From Patescibacteria group bacterium (GTDB lineage Bacteria; Patescibacteriota; Microgenomatia; 0-14-0-10-38-17), in the NCBI GenBank assembly GCA_050953885.1, contig JBMNNJ010000001.1, positions 207,437 to 271,436 of the forward strand: DNA of 64,000 nucleotides, read 5' to 3'. A model generated the notes under the pieces. That model saw nothing but the letters and a program-made list of their open reading frames with translations. It ran no database searches and was not told the origin of the DNA. Made by a program: the position numbers and the translations under genes. Of the stretch, positions 1 through 9,620 are shown in pieces (within the stretch, counting starts at the first letter, position 1; each line of letters opens with the position of its first letter).

Positions 1-1
1 T

Positions 2-796
2 TTAAACAAGGACGATTATTCTTTTAAAATTATCAAACCATTAATTGAAAAACAAAATAAACCGCCAAAAATTATTACCTATTCGCTTAAAAAAGAAGCC
101 GATTTTAATCTTGATAATTTTCCGGTTAAAACCCGCCTGCCCGGAGACTATAATTTAGCCAATTGCCTTGCCGCGGCGGCGGCGGCCACTTCTTTGGGAA
201 TTAAAAAAGAAACCATTCTTGAGGCAATTGCCAGTTTTGAGGGAGTAACCGGAAGATTAGAGCCGGTTGTAAAAGGCCAAAATTTTGCCGTCTATGTTGA
301 TTTTGCTCATACCCCAAATGCCTTAAAAAACGTGCTTGGTTATCTGCGAAAAGAAGCCGATAGAAAAGGCGGCCGGCTTATCGCTGTTTTTGGCGCCGCG
401 GGTTTGCGCGACCGTCAAAAAAGACCCCAAATGGGCCAAATTGCCGCTCAATTAGCGGACATCAGTATTTTAACGGCGGAGGATCCTCGGACTGAAGATG
501 TTAATAACATTATTAACCAAATTAGCCGGGGAAGCAAAAAGGGAGGCGCAAAAGAAGCCACGGAGAAAAACCTGCTAACACTAAAAAATAAGAAACACTA
601 TTTTTTAAAAATCCCCGATCGGCGCGAAGCGATTAAAACCGCCGTTAAAATTGCCCAAAAAAATGATATTATTGTTCTTTGCGGCAAGGGGCACGAAAAA
701 TCAATGTGCTTTGGCGCCACCGAATATCCCTGGAGTGATAAAAAAGAGGCGGAGGAGACGATCAAACACGAATTAACACGAACAGGGAACGAATAA
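2..796 (+). CDS. murE: UDP-MurNAc-tripeptide synthetase, 5'-truncated by window edge
   Basis: Frame open from base 2; GRLE, VDFAHTP, FGAAG-RD-KRP-MG and GKGHE motifs. Confidence 0.93.
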   Translation, partial: LNKDDYSFKIIKPLIEKQNKPPKIITYSLKKEADFNLDNFPVKTRLPGDYNLANCLAAAAAATSLGIKKETILEAIASFEGVTGRLEPVVKGQNFAVYVDFAHTPNALKNVLGYLRKEADRKGGRLIAVFGAAGLRDRQKRPQMGQIAAQLADISILTAEDPRTEDVNNIINQISRGSKKGGAKEATEKNLLTLKNKKHYFLKIPDRREAIKTAVKIAQKNDIIVLCGKGHEKSMCFGATEYPWSDKKEAEETIKHELTRTGNE

Positions 797-812
797 ACGC
801 GAATGAGCGAAT
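766..812 (+). repeat. Family C arm ((A)CRCGAAT 9-10 bp iterations), A-rich orientation, overlapping murE stop
   Basis: acacgaattaacacgaacagggaacgaataaacgcgaatgagcgaat; near-identical at ~9610 and 50609, related at 12774 and 45742. Confidence 0.85.
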
Positions 813-819
813 GGCTGGC

Positions 820-905
820 AAAGCACACAGGATACAACAGGATTAAAAACGGGATTTAACGGGATTTATCCTGTTTTATCCCGTAAACATCCTGTTTAAT
901 CCTGT
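820..905. repeat. Family D element (ACAGGAT iterations, self-inverted)
   Basis: Near reverse complement of 6025-6116. Confidence 0.85.
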
Positions 906-982
906 ATACTTCTTTAACAATGAAGCAATGAAACAATGTAGCAATCATGTTCCGGGTCTCTTGTATCGTGTATCATAAAATT

Positions 983-2404
983 ATGCCTAAGCCCCTAATC
1001 CTGGAAAATATCCATACTGTTCACCTTACCGGCATCAAAGGGGTGGGAATGACCGCCCTGGCTTGTTGTTTTCAGGATTTGGGGGTAAAAATAACGGGAA
1101 GTGACGTGGCAGAAGTTTTTGTTACCGACGAGGTTTTAAAAAAACGCCAAATTAGCTTTAAAATTGGTTTTAGCGCTAAAAACTTAGGAAACCCTGATTT
1201 GCTGATTACCACCGGCGCTCATGGGGGCCTTTTAAATCCCGAAGTAAAAGCGGCTAAAAAAAGAGGTATTCCGATAATGACTCACGGCGAAGCTCTAGGC
1301 TTCCTAATGAAAGGGAAAAGGGGCATTTCTTTTTGCGGGGTAGGGGGCAAATCAACCACGAGCGCGATGGCGGCGACTGTTTTGGATCACGCCGGCCTCG
1401 CACCTTCCTACGCCGTGGGGGTGGCGGAAATTTTTCCCCTCGGTTTTCCGGGGCGATTTGAAAAAAAAGGTAAATTTTTCGTTGCCGAAGCAGACGAGTA
1501 CGCCACCTGCAAGGGCGTCGATCCGCGGCCTCGTTTTTTCTGGCAAAATCCGGAATTTATTATCTGCACTAATATTGAATACGATCATCCGGATATTTAC
1601 CCAAATCTTGCCGCCACTAAAAAAACTTTTCTTCGCTTTTTCCAAAAAATTCCCCCCGACGGTTTTTTAATTATTAACGGCGATAATCCTAACAACCGAG
1701 ACGTTTTAAAATCCTATCGGGGAAATGTTTTCACCTATGGCAGAGGAGAAAAAAATCAATGGCAAGTAAAAAATATTATTTACCAAGAAAGAAAAAGCCT
1801 TTTCTCCCTTTATTATCAAAATAAAAAAGAGGCCTCATTTTTCCTTTCTATCCCCGGAGAATACAATATATTGAATGCCACTGCTACCATCATTTTAGGA
1901 AAAACTTTAGGTTTATCATATAAAATAGTAGGGGAGGGAATTAAGAAATTTAAGGGGACAAAAAGACGTTTTGAAAAAATTGGCGAGAATCACAGAATTG
2001 CCGTTTATGACGATTATGCTCATCACCCCAGCGAAATTAAAGCCACCCTTAGGGCGGCCAGAAAATGGTTCGGACCTGCCAAAAGATTAATTGCCATTTT
2101 TCAGCCTCACACTTTTTCCCGAACAAAATATCTTTTAAAAGATTTTGGCGCTGCTTTTAAAGATGCTAATATTGTTGTTATCGCTCCCATTTACGCCTCT
2201 GCCCGCGAAGAAAAAGATCCGTCAATTACTCCCGTCGTTCTTGCCCAAGAAATTAGCAAACACCAGAAAGGAGTATATTTTGTAAACAACCTGAAAGAGC
2301 TTACTCCTTTGATTAAAAAAATTGCTCAAAAGGGCGATATTGTCTTTACCATTGGCGCTGGTGATATTTGGAAGATAGGCAAAGAACTATTAAAAAATAA
2401 CTAA
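983..2404 (+). CDS. murC: UDP-N-acetylmuramate--L-alanine ligase
   Basis: GIKGVGM, GKSTT, EADEY, DDYAHHP, FQPH motifs; ATG 983 preferred over 947. Confidence 0.95.
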   Translation: MPKPLILENIHTVHLTGIKGVGMTALACCFQDLGVKITGSDVAEVFVTDEVLKKRQISFKIGFSAKNLGNPDLLITTGAHGGLLNPEVKAAKKRGIPIMTHGEALGFLMKGKRGISFCGVGGKSTTSAMAATVLDHAGLAPSYAVGVAEIFPLGFPGRFEKKGKFFVAEADEYATCKGVDPRPRFFWQNPEFIICTNIEYDHPDIYPNLAATKKTFLRFFQKIPPDGFLIINGDNPNNRDVLKSYRGNVFTYGRGEKNQWQVKNIIYQERKSLFSLYYQNKKEASFFLSIPGEYNILNATATIILGKTLGLSYKIVGEGIKKFKGTKRRFEKIGENHRIAVYDDYAHHPSEIKATLRAARKWFGPAKRLIAIFQPHTFSRTKYLLKDFGAAFKDANIVVIAPIYASAREEKDPSITPVVLAQEISKHQKGVYFVNNLKELTPLIKKIAQKGDIVFTIGAGDIWKIGKELLKNN

Positions 2405-2433
2405 TCAAACAACCCCCGGCGTTACTATCTAAA

Positions 2434-3363
2434 ATGATAAAAAATAAAGAAAAAATTACCGTCAAACTTAAAAAAGCCTTAGGAGTAGAAAAAGTAAAAG
2501 AAAACGTTCTTTTGGCTCCCTTGACTACCTTTGGCATTGGCGGACCAGCTTTTTGGTTTATCACCGCCGGGAACAAAAAAGAAATCCTTGAAGCAATAAA
2601 AGCAAGCCGCGAGCTTAAAATTCCTTATTTTATCCTGGGAGGAGGATCAAATATTTTAATCGCCGATCAAGGATTTCCCGGTTTGGTAATTAGGATTAAG
2701 AATGAAGGCTTAACCATTAAGGGAACAAAAATTGCCGTTGAGGCGGGATTACCGCTGGCAAAATTAGTAGAAATTGCCCAAAAAAACTTACTTAGCGGCC
2801 TTGAATGCGGTGTTGGCATTCCAGGCACCGTCGGCGGAGCTGTTTGCGGTAATGCTGGCACCCGCGAAGAATGGATTGGACAAAAAGTCGCCAAGGTGAG
2901 TATAATAGACAAGAAAAATAAAATTGCTCATTTAAATAATCGTGACTGCAAATTTTCTTACCGGGAGAGTCGGTTTAAAAATAATCCCCAAGAAGTAATT
3001 TTGGAAGCTGTTTTTAACTTAAAGAAAGAAAAAAGAGAGGTTATTGAACAAAAAATTAAATCATTTTTAGAGGCGCGGGGAAACCAGCCCAAAGAAAAAA
3101 GCGCCGGCTCGGTTTTTAAAAATCCTCCCGGCGATTCAGCCGGAAGGCTAATTGATCAGGCCGGTCTTAGGGGTAAAAAAATTGGTCAAGCGCAAATTTC
3201 CAAAAAACACGCTAATTTTATTATTAACACCGGTGGCGCTAAAGCGGAGGAGGTGTTAAAACTTATAAGACTAGCCCAAAAAACAGTGAAAGAAAAATTT
3301 AATGTTAATCTGGAACTGGAAATAAAACTGGTGGGATTCAGTAATGAAACGACGAAAAAATGA
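2434..3363 (+). CDS. murB: UDP-N-acetylenolpyruvoylglucosamine reductase
   Basis: GGGSNIL, GIPGTVGGA, SAGSVFKNP, HANFIIN. Confidence 0.96.
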   Translation: MIKNKEKITVKLKKALGVEKVKENVLLAPLTTFGIGGPAFWFITAGNKKEILEAIKASRELKIPYFILGGGSNILIADQGFPGLVIRIKNEGLTIKGTKIAVEAGLPLAKLVEIAQKNLLSGLECGVGIPGTVGGAVCGNAGTREEWIGQKVAKVSIIDKKNKIAHLNNRDCKFSYRESRFKNNPQEVILEAVFNLKKEKREVIEQKIKSFLEARGNQPKEKSAGSVFKNPPGDSAGRLIDQAGLRGKKIGQAQISKKHANFIINTGGAKAEEVLKLIRLAQKTVKEKFNVNLELEIKLVGFSNETTKK

Positions 3364-3454
3364 TTCTGACTTTCGTCAGAATGACGTTTACGGAAGAATA
3401 ATGTTATTCGCTCATTCGTGTTAATTCGTTTTCATTCGTGTCAATTCGTGTGTC
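3362..3454. repeat. Family A palindrome followed by family C arm (T-rich orientation)
   Basis: gattctgactttcgtcagaatgac then attcgctcattcgtgttaattcg... Confidence 0.8.
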
Positions 3455-3478
3455 TTAACAGTTTAGTAATTTAACTCT

Positions 3479-4798
3479 ATGTCAAAATTCATCATCCGCG
3501 GCGGGAAACCATTGCAAGGGGCGGTTCGTTTAGGAGGAGCAAAAAACGTCAGTTTTAAAGTAATGATTGCCTCTCTTTTATGCGAAGGTCGTTCCCGGAT
3601 TTTGAACTTAGCCAAAATCGGCGATGTGGAAACAACGCGGAAAATAATTGAGGCTTTAGGAGCAAAAACTATCCCTTGCGGTGAACGGACCGTTTTTATT
3701 GATCCCAACGGCTTCTCTTCTTATCAAATTCCCGATCGCTTTGGCCCTTCCTCACGCGCTTCCATTCTTTTTGCTCCACCGCTTTTGAAAAAATTTGGCA
3801 AAGCCATTATTCCTTTCCCCGGCGGCGACAAAATTGGCCAGCGCCCCCTTGAACGCCATCTTTTGGGTTTTGAAAAATTAGGCGTGAGAGCAAAAAGCGC
3901 AAACAATCGCCTTTATCTTGAAGCCCCCCATGGTCTCCACGGCGCCACTTATCGCTTCGCTAAAAACACCCACACCGGCACCGAAAACTTAATCATGTTA
4001 GCCGTTTGCGCTCAAGGCGTTACTATTTTAGAAAATGCCGCCCAGGAAACAGAAATTGACGATTTAATTCTTTTCCTGAATCGCGCCGGGGGCAACATTA
4101 AAAGGCTGGCGGGAAGAAAAATCAAAATCATCGGTGTTCCCAAGCTTTCTGGCCAAACTCATTGGGTTATCCCTGATGCCAACGAAGCTGTTTCTTATGC
4201 CTGCGCCGCCTTAATAACCCAGGGAGATATTGCCATCGAAGGGGCTAAAACCAAAGACTTGATTGCTTTCCTTAAAAAAATCAGAGAAACGGGAGGCGAA
4301 TACGAAAGCAGTTCTTGGGGGATCCGATTTTGGTACGCCGGTCCTCTTCAGGCCACCAATGTGACCACCAAACCATACCCGGGCTTTAAAACCGACTGGC
4401 AACCACTTTGGACCACCTTAATGACCCAAGCCCAAGGTGTTAGCAAAGTAATTGAAACCGTTTATGAACAGCGCTTCGGTTTTGTTCCGGAGCTTGAAAA
4501 AATGGGAGGAAAATTCGCTTATTTTAATCCTAAGGTTAAAAACCCGGAAACATTTTACAACTTTAATTACGCCGAAAGCGATCCCAGGCTTTGTCATGGA
4601 CTTAAAATTTACGGTCCCGTCCCGCTTAAAGGAGCCCATCTTAAAACCGATGATCTGCGTCATGGCGCCACCTTAACCTTAGCCGCCCTTGCGGCAAAAG
4701 GGGAAACAATTATCGAAAACGCCGAAATTATCGACCGCGGCTATGAAGCGCTGGATTTAAAACTTAAAGAATTAGGAGGCAACATTAAAAGAATCTAG
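3479..4798 (+). CDS. murA: UDP-N-acetylglucosamine 1-carboxyvinyltransferase (Asp-type)
   Basis: GAKN, RAS, PGGDKIGQRP, PYPGFKTD, IDRGYE. Confidence 0.94.
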   Translation: MSKFIIRGGKPLQGAVRLGGAKNVSFKVMIASLLCEGRSRILNLAKIGDVETTRKIIEALGAKTIPCGERTVFIDPNGFSSYQIPDRFGPSSRASILFAPPLLKKFGKAIIPFPGGDKIGQRPLERHLLGFEKLGVRAKSANNRLYLEAPHGLHGATYRFAKNTHTGTENLIMLAVCAQGVTILENAAQETEIDDLILFLNRAGGNIKRLAGRKIKIIGVPKLSGQTHWVIPDANEAVSYACAALITQGDIAIEGAKTKDLIAFLKKIRETGGEYESSSWGIRFWYAGPLQATNVTTKPYPGFKTDWQPLWTTLMTQAQGVSKVIETVYEQRFGFVPELEKMGGKFAYFNPKVKNPETFYNFNYAESDPRLCHGLKIYGPVPLKGAHLKTDDLRHGATLTLAALAAKGETIIENAEIIDRGYEALDLKLKELGGNIKRI

Positions 4799-4804
4799 TT
4801 TTTC

Positions 4805-6061
4805 ATGATTGGCGTTTTTAAAAATCTCTTCCATTGCCTTCAGCGTCTCGCCGCTAAAATATGGCGCGCTTTTTTTCCCAGTTTAATCGTTATTGGCGTT
4901 ACCGGCAGTTACGGCAAAACAAGCACCGTCCAGGCGATTAAGTTTGCCTTAGGAAAAAAATTTTCCCCTCTCACCACCGATATTAATTTGGATACGGTTT
5001 TTAATCTTCCCCTAACTCTTCTTAAAATTCGCCCCAAAAATAAAGCCCTAATTTTAGAATATGGCGTTGATCACCGGGGAGAAATGGAAGCTCACCTGCG
5101 CCTAATTCGACCCCAAATTGGCGTTTTAACCGGCATCAGTCCGGTTCATGCCGAAAAGGAATTGCTTGGCTCGCTTTCGGGGATCATTGAAGAAAAAGGA
5201 AAGCTTTTGGAAGCTCTTCCCAAAACCGGCTGGGCCGTTTTAAATTTTGCCAATCCCCATGTGCGTCAAATGGCTAAAAAAACAGAAGCAAAAATCGTCA
5301 GCTATGGCCAAAAAGGCGCCGATTTTTGGCTTAAAGATGCCAAAGTGAAACTTGGAGGAACTTCTTTCTTGGTTGGCCTACGACAAGGGGGAAAAGAAAA
5401 AGAGGTGAGAGTTAAAACCAAACTAATTGGTCGCCACTTTAGCGAGGAGATTATGGCCGCTTTGGCGGTAGCAAAAATTTTAGGCATAAAGGAAGAAAAA
5501 GCGGCGCGAAACTTGGAAAAACTAACAACCCTGCCGGGCAGAATGAGCTTGGAGAAAGGGCCTGAAGACACTCTTCTTCTTAATGATTCGTTACGAGCAA
5601 ATCCCGCTTCAACGCTCGCCGGTCTTAAAACCTTGGCTGAAATTCCCTACCGGGGCAGGAAAATTGCTGTTCTGGGGGAAATGGGAGAATTAGGGCAATA
5701 TCAAGAAAAAGAGCACCGACTGATTGGTCAAAAGTTGGCAAGTCTTGATATTGATTTTTTCATCGGGATAGGGGGCCTAACTCGCCTTGTCTGGGGAGAG
5801 GCAATCAAAAATGGCTTCCCTCAAAAAAAAGCTTTTTGGGCTAAAGACGTGGTTGAGGCCGCCCAAATTTTGGAAAAACTACTCAAAAAAGGAGACCTTT
5901 GGTATCTTAAGGGCTCACGCCTGCGCCACTTGGAACGAATTTTACTGCTTTTAAATCACGAAAGAGTTGATTGCCGATTAATTTCCTGTCATAATTATGA
6001 TCACTGTCGGGAATGCCCGAGACTAAAGCACACAGGATTAAACAGGATGTTTACAGGATAA
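4805..6061 (+). CDS. murF: UDP-MurNAc-tripeptide--D-Ala-D-Ala ligase
   Basis: GVTGSYGKT, LPGRM, ANP, LGEMGELG, KGSR. Confidence 0.9.
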   Translation: MIGVFKNLFHCLQRLAAKIWRAFFPSLIVIGVTGSYGKTSTVQAIKFALGKKFSPLTTDINLDTVFNLPLTLLKIRPKNKALILEYGVDHRGEMEAHLRLIRPQIGVLTGISPVHAEKELLGSLSGIIEEKGKLLEALPKTGWAVLNFANPHVRQMAKKTEAKIVSYGQKGADFWLKDAKVKLGGTSFLVGLRQGGKEKEVRVKTKLIGRHFSEEIMAALAVAKILGIKEEKAARNLEKLTTLPGRMSLEKGPEDTLLLNDSLRANPASTLAGLKTLAEIPYRGRKIAVLGEMGELGQYQEKEHRLIGQKLASLDIDFFIGIGGLTRLVWGEAIKNGFPQKKAFWAKDVVEAAQILEKLLKKGDLWYLKGSRLRHLERILLLLNHERVDCRLISCHNYDHCRECPRLKHTGLNRMFTG

Positions 6062-6116
6062 AACAGGATAAATCCTGTTCAATCCTGTCTTAAATCCCGC
6101 TGTATCCGTGTGCTTT
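6025..6116. repeat. Family D element overlapping murF stop
   Basis: Bounded by AAAGCACAC...GTGTGCTTT with internal ACAGGAT/ATCCTGT iterations. Confidence 0.85.
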
Positions 6117-6153
6117 CTATCACAATTTAACCAATTAGCCATTTAACTTTCTT

Positions 6154-7185
6154 ATGCGTTTTTTCCTAGGTTTAATCCTTATTTCCTTTGCGGCTACCAG
6201 CGCCGCCATTGTTCCTTTTATCAATCTTCTTTATCGGCTTAAATTTACCCGCCGTCCTCAAAAAACCCGCGACTTTTTGGGGAGGCGAACTCAAATTTTT
6301 GACCGGTTTCACCGGCAAAAAGCCGGCACTCCCTTGGGCGCCGGTATTCTCCTTATCGTCTTGATTAGTATTTTCTTCGCCGCCGCTTTTTTCTTTTCAA
6401 AAGCAACCGGCGTTTATATCACCAGCGTCTTTCCTATCACAGGAGAACTAAACGTTATTTTTTTCACTCTTTTTTCCTTCGGCCTTTTGGGTTTTTTTGA
6501 CGACTTTAAAAAGATTTTTAATCTTGAAGAAAAAGGCGTCTTTGGTTTGAGGTTGCGCGACAAGTTTCTCTTTCAATGGCTCTTGGCTTTTATCATCGCT
6601 TTCCTTCTTTACTATCAGTTGGGGATTAGTATTATTAACATCCCCTTTTGGGGAGTTTTAGATCTTGGCCTTGGCTACATTCCTTTGGCGGCTTTTATTA
6701 TTGTTGCTTTTACCAACGCCTTTAATATCACCGATGGTCTCGATGGCCTTGCCTGCGGTTTGCTTCTTATCTGCTTAGTCGCCTTTTGCTTCCTTTCTTT
6801 CCAAATTTTTGATACTCCCTTAACGATTCTCACCAGCATTTGGATAGGAGTTTTAATTGCCTTCCTTTATTTCAATGTCTATCCGGCGCGGGTTTTTTTG
6901 GGCGATACCGGCGCCATGGCCTTTGGGGCGCTCATGGCAGTGGTAGGTTTAATGTTGGGAAAAATTATTGCCTTGGCTTTTATCGGGGGAATTTTTATCT
7001 TAGAAGTAGGCTCCAGTCTTCTCCAAATGCTTTCCAAGGCCTGGCGGGGCAAAAAGATTTTCCGAGCGGCTCCCGTTCATCTTTGGTTGCAAGACCGCGG
7101 CTGGGAAGAGCCCAAGATTGTTATGCGCGCTTGGCTGGCTCAATTGGTTTTAGCAATTTTTGGCCTTTGGCTGGCTACTTTTTAA
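6154..7185 (+). CDS. mraY: Phospho-N-acetylmuramoyl-pentapeptide transferase
   Basis: KAGTP, DD, NAFNITDGLDGL, FLGDTG, APVH; many TM helices. Confidence 0.95.
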   Translation: MRFFLGLILISFAATSAAIVPFINLLYRLKFTRRPQKTRDFLGRRTQIFDRFHRQKAGTPLGAGILLIVLISIFFAAAFFFSKATGVYITSVFPITGELNVIFFTLFSFGLLGFFDDFKKIFNLEEKGVFGLRLRDKFLFQWLLAFIIAFLLYYQLGISIINIPFWGVLDLGLGYIPLAAFIIVAFTNAFNITDGLDGLACGLLLICLVAFCFLSFQIFDTPLTILTSIWIGVLIAFLYFNVYPARVFLGDTGAMAFGALMAVVGLMLGKIIALAFIGGIFILEVGSSLLQMLSKAWRGKKIFRAAPVHLWLQDRGWEEPKIVMRAWLAQLVLAIFGLWLATF

Positions 7186-7194
7186 AACTTCAAA

Positions 7195-8514
7195 ATGGAA
7201 TGGAAAAACAAAAAGGTTTTGGTAATGGGGCTGGGCACTCATGGCGGAGGAGTGGGAACGGCGCGATATTTAGCCCAAAAAGGGGCAAAGGTGCGGGTAA
7301 CCGACTTAAAAACCGCCTCCCAATTAGCTTCTTCCCTTGAAAAACTTTCCTCCTTACCCATTAAATTTACTTTAGGCGAACATCGTCCCGAGGATTTTCT
7401 TGAAGCCGAGGTGGTGGTTCGCAATCCCGACGTTCCCCCAAACTCGCCTTTTTTGAAAATCGCCTACGAGCATGGCGCCAAAATTGAAATGGAAAGCAGT
7501 ATTTTTTTTGAAGAATTGCCTTCTTTGAAAACAATTGGCATCACCGGTACTAAAGGCAAAACCACCACCACCATGCTTGTCTACCAAATGCTTAAAGAGG
7601 CAGGAGAAAAAGTGGTGGTCGGCGGTAATTTGGAAATTTCCCTTTTGGAGCTTTTACCCCAAATTGACAAGGACACTTGGGTGGTAGCAGAACTTTCCTC
7701 CTGGCAGACAGAAGGGCTTGAAATTTGTCAGAAATCACCTCATATCGCCGTTATTACCAATATTTTTCCTGACCATCTTAATCGCTATCAAAAGATGGAA
7801 AAATATGTGGAGGCCAAAAAATTTATTTTAAAATATCAGGGCAAAAACGATTATAAGGTCCTTAATAAAAATAATCCCTATGCCCCAGAGTTAGCCCTTA
7901 CCTCGCCAAGCCAAAATTTTTTCTTTGAGAAAAAAAGTCTTAACCCTCAAATCCGCCAAGTGAACCCTCTTTTAGGCGAGCATAATTTGGAAAATCTTGC
8001 CGCCATGGAAACAGTGGGAAAAATTTTAGGAATAAAAACAGATAAAATTGTCAGGGCGGTTAAGCAATTTTCTCCCCCTCCCCATCGCCTGGAAAAGGTA
8101 AGAGAAATTAAAGGCATTACCTTTTACAATGACTCCGCCGCCACCAATCCTGACGCCGCCATCGCGGCCCTTGGTTCCTTTGGCAAAAGGCCAATTATTT
8201 GGATTTTGGGCGGGGCCGACAAGAATCTTAAATTTGAGAAATTGGCCTCCGCTTCCACCAAGGCCAATATTAAAGCAGCCATTCTTCTGAACGGAAGCGC
8301 TACTTTAAAAATAAAAGAGGCATTAGAAAAAACAAAAGTTGCCTTCCCTTTCTTTGGGCCTTTTGATGATTTTGAAAAAGCAGTTCAAAAAGCTTATCAA
8401 CTAGCGAGGGGAGGAGAGGTAGTGCTTTTATCACCCGGCGCGGCCAGCTTTGGCATGTTTAAAAACGAATTTGACCGAGGAGAAAAATTTAAAAAAATTG
8501 TTAATTCTTTATGA
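7195..8514 (+). CDS. murD: UDP-MurNAc-L-Ala--D-glutamate ligase
   Basis: GITGTKGKTTT, ELSSWQ, DHLNRY, HRLE, LLSPGAASF. Confidence 0.95.
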   Translation: MEWKNKKVLVMGLGTHGGGVGTARYLAQKGAKVRVTDLKTASQLASSLEKLSSLPIKFTLGEHRPEDFLEAEVVVRNPDVPPNSPFLKIAYEHGAKIEMESSIFFEELPSLKTIGITGTKGKTTTTMLVYQMLKEAGEKVVVGGNLEISLLELLPQIDKDTWVVAELSSWQTEGLEICQKSPHIAVITNIFPDHLNRYQKMEKYVEAKKFILKYQGKNDYKVLNKNNPYAPELALTSPSQNFFFEKKSLNPQIRQVNPLLGEHNLENLAAMETVGKILGIKTDKIVRAVKQFSPPPHRLEKVREIKGITFYNDSAATNPDAAIAALGSFGKRPIIWILGGADKNLKFEKLASASTKANIKAAILLNGSATLKIKEALEKTKVAFPFFGPFDDFEKAVQKAYQLARGGEVVLLSPGAASFGMFKNEFDRGEKFKKIVNSL

Positions 8515-9620
8515 AAAGAGAAAAAAAGGGAAAGGCCGATAAGATTCTTTTGGTACTAATTTTGGTTATTAGTCTTTTTGGCCTTTTGATGGTTGCCAAC
8601 GCTTCGGCGATTATCGCTCAAGAAAATTTTGGCGATCAGTTTTATTTTTTAAAACGGCAAGCCGCTTGGTGGGTTTTGGGGATAATTTCTTTAGCATTGG
8701 CAAGTCACCTAACTTCTCAACAATTAGAAAAAATCGCTTTCCCCCTTCTTTTTCTTTCTCTTGTTTTAACCACGGCCGTCCTGCTTCCGGGATTAGGCCA
8801 AGAAAAGCTGGGCGCCCGACGGTGGTTGGCTATTGGCGGCTTTACCTTTCAGCCAACAGAATTAACCAAACTGGCCATGGTTTGCTACGGCGCTTCTTTT
8901 TTTGCCTCACAAGAAAAAAAAGAAAAGAAAAATTTTGGACCTTTTTTGCTCATTACTTTATTGGCGGTCGCCTTGGCGATGGCCGGACCTGACTTGGGAA
9001 CAACGGTTGTTTTAGCCTCCACGGGTCTGCTTATTTGCTTTTTAGCCGGTATTTCTTCTTTTAAAATTTTTCTTCTTGCCCTTGCGGCCTTAATAGCAGG
9101 GGCGATTATGATCTTCACTTCTCCCTACCGGTATCAGAGAATGTTGACTTTTTTAAACCCTAATCAGGATTTACAAAAAACCTCTTATCATGTCCACCAA
9201 ATTCTGCTTTCTTTAGGTTCGGGCGGTCTTTTGGGCCAAGGCTTGGGGCAGGGAAAACAAAAATATGCCTATCTTCCGGAAGTGGCCACCGATTCTATTT
9301 TTGCCGTTATTGCCGAAGAGTTAGGCTTTATCGGCGCCACCGCGGTTATTATTCTTCTGGCCCTTTTGGTTTTTCGCTGTTTTAATATTGCCGCCAGAGC
9401 CGGCGATTTGAGGGGAAAACTGTTGGCGGGTGGAGTAGGGGGGTGGCTGGGAATTCAGACGCTAATTAATTTGGGAGGAATCGTTTCTCTTATCCCCCTA
9501 ACCGGCATTCCCCTGCCTCTTATTTCCTATGGCGGCTCCTCGCTTTTGGTCACCCTAACCGCCTTAGGATTAGTGCTGGGAGTTTCAAGAGAAAATAAAT
9601 TACTAAAATACACGAATTAA
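8511..9620 (+). CDS. ftsW: SEDS peptidoglycan polymerase FtsW
   Basis: GARRW, FQPTE, PDLGT, YLPE--TDSIFA, PLISYGGSS. Confidence 0.93.
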   Translation: MKREKKGKADKILLVLILVISLFGLLMVANASAIIAQENFGDQFYFLKRQAAWWVLGIISLALASHLTSQQLEKIAFPLLFLSLVLTTAVLLPGLGQEKLGARRWLAIGGFTFQPTELTKLAMVCYGASFFASQEKKEKKNFGPFLLITLLAVALAMAGPDLGTTVVLASTGLLICFLAGISSFKIFLLALAALIAGAIMIFTSPYRYQRMLTFLNPNQDLQKTSYHVHQILLSLGSGGLLGQGLGQGKQKYAYLPEVATDSIFAVIAEELGFIGATAVIILLALLVFRCFNIAARAGDLRGKLLAGGVGGWLGIQTLINLGGIVSLIPLTGIPLPLISYGGSSLLVTLTALGLVLGVSRENKLLKYTN

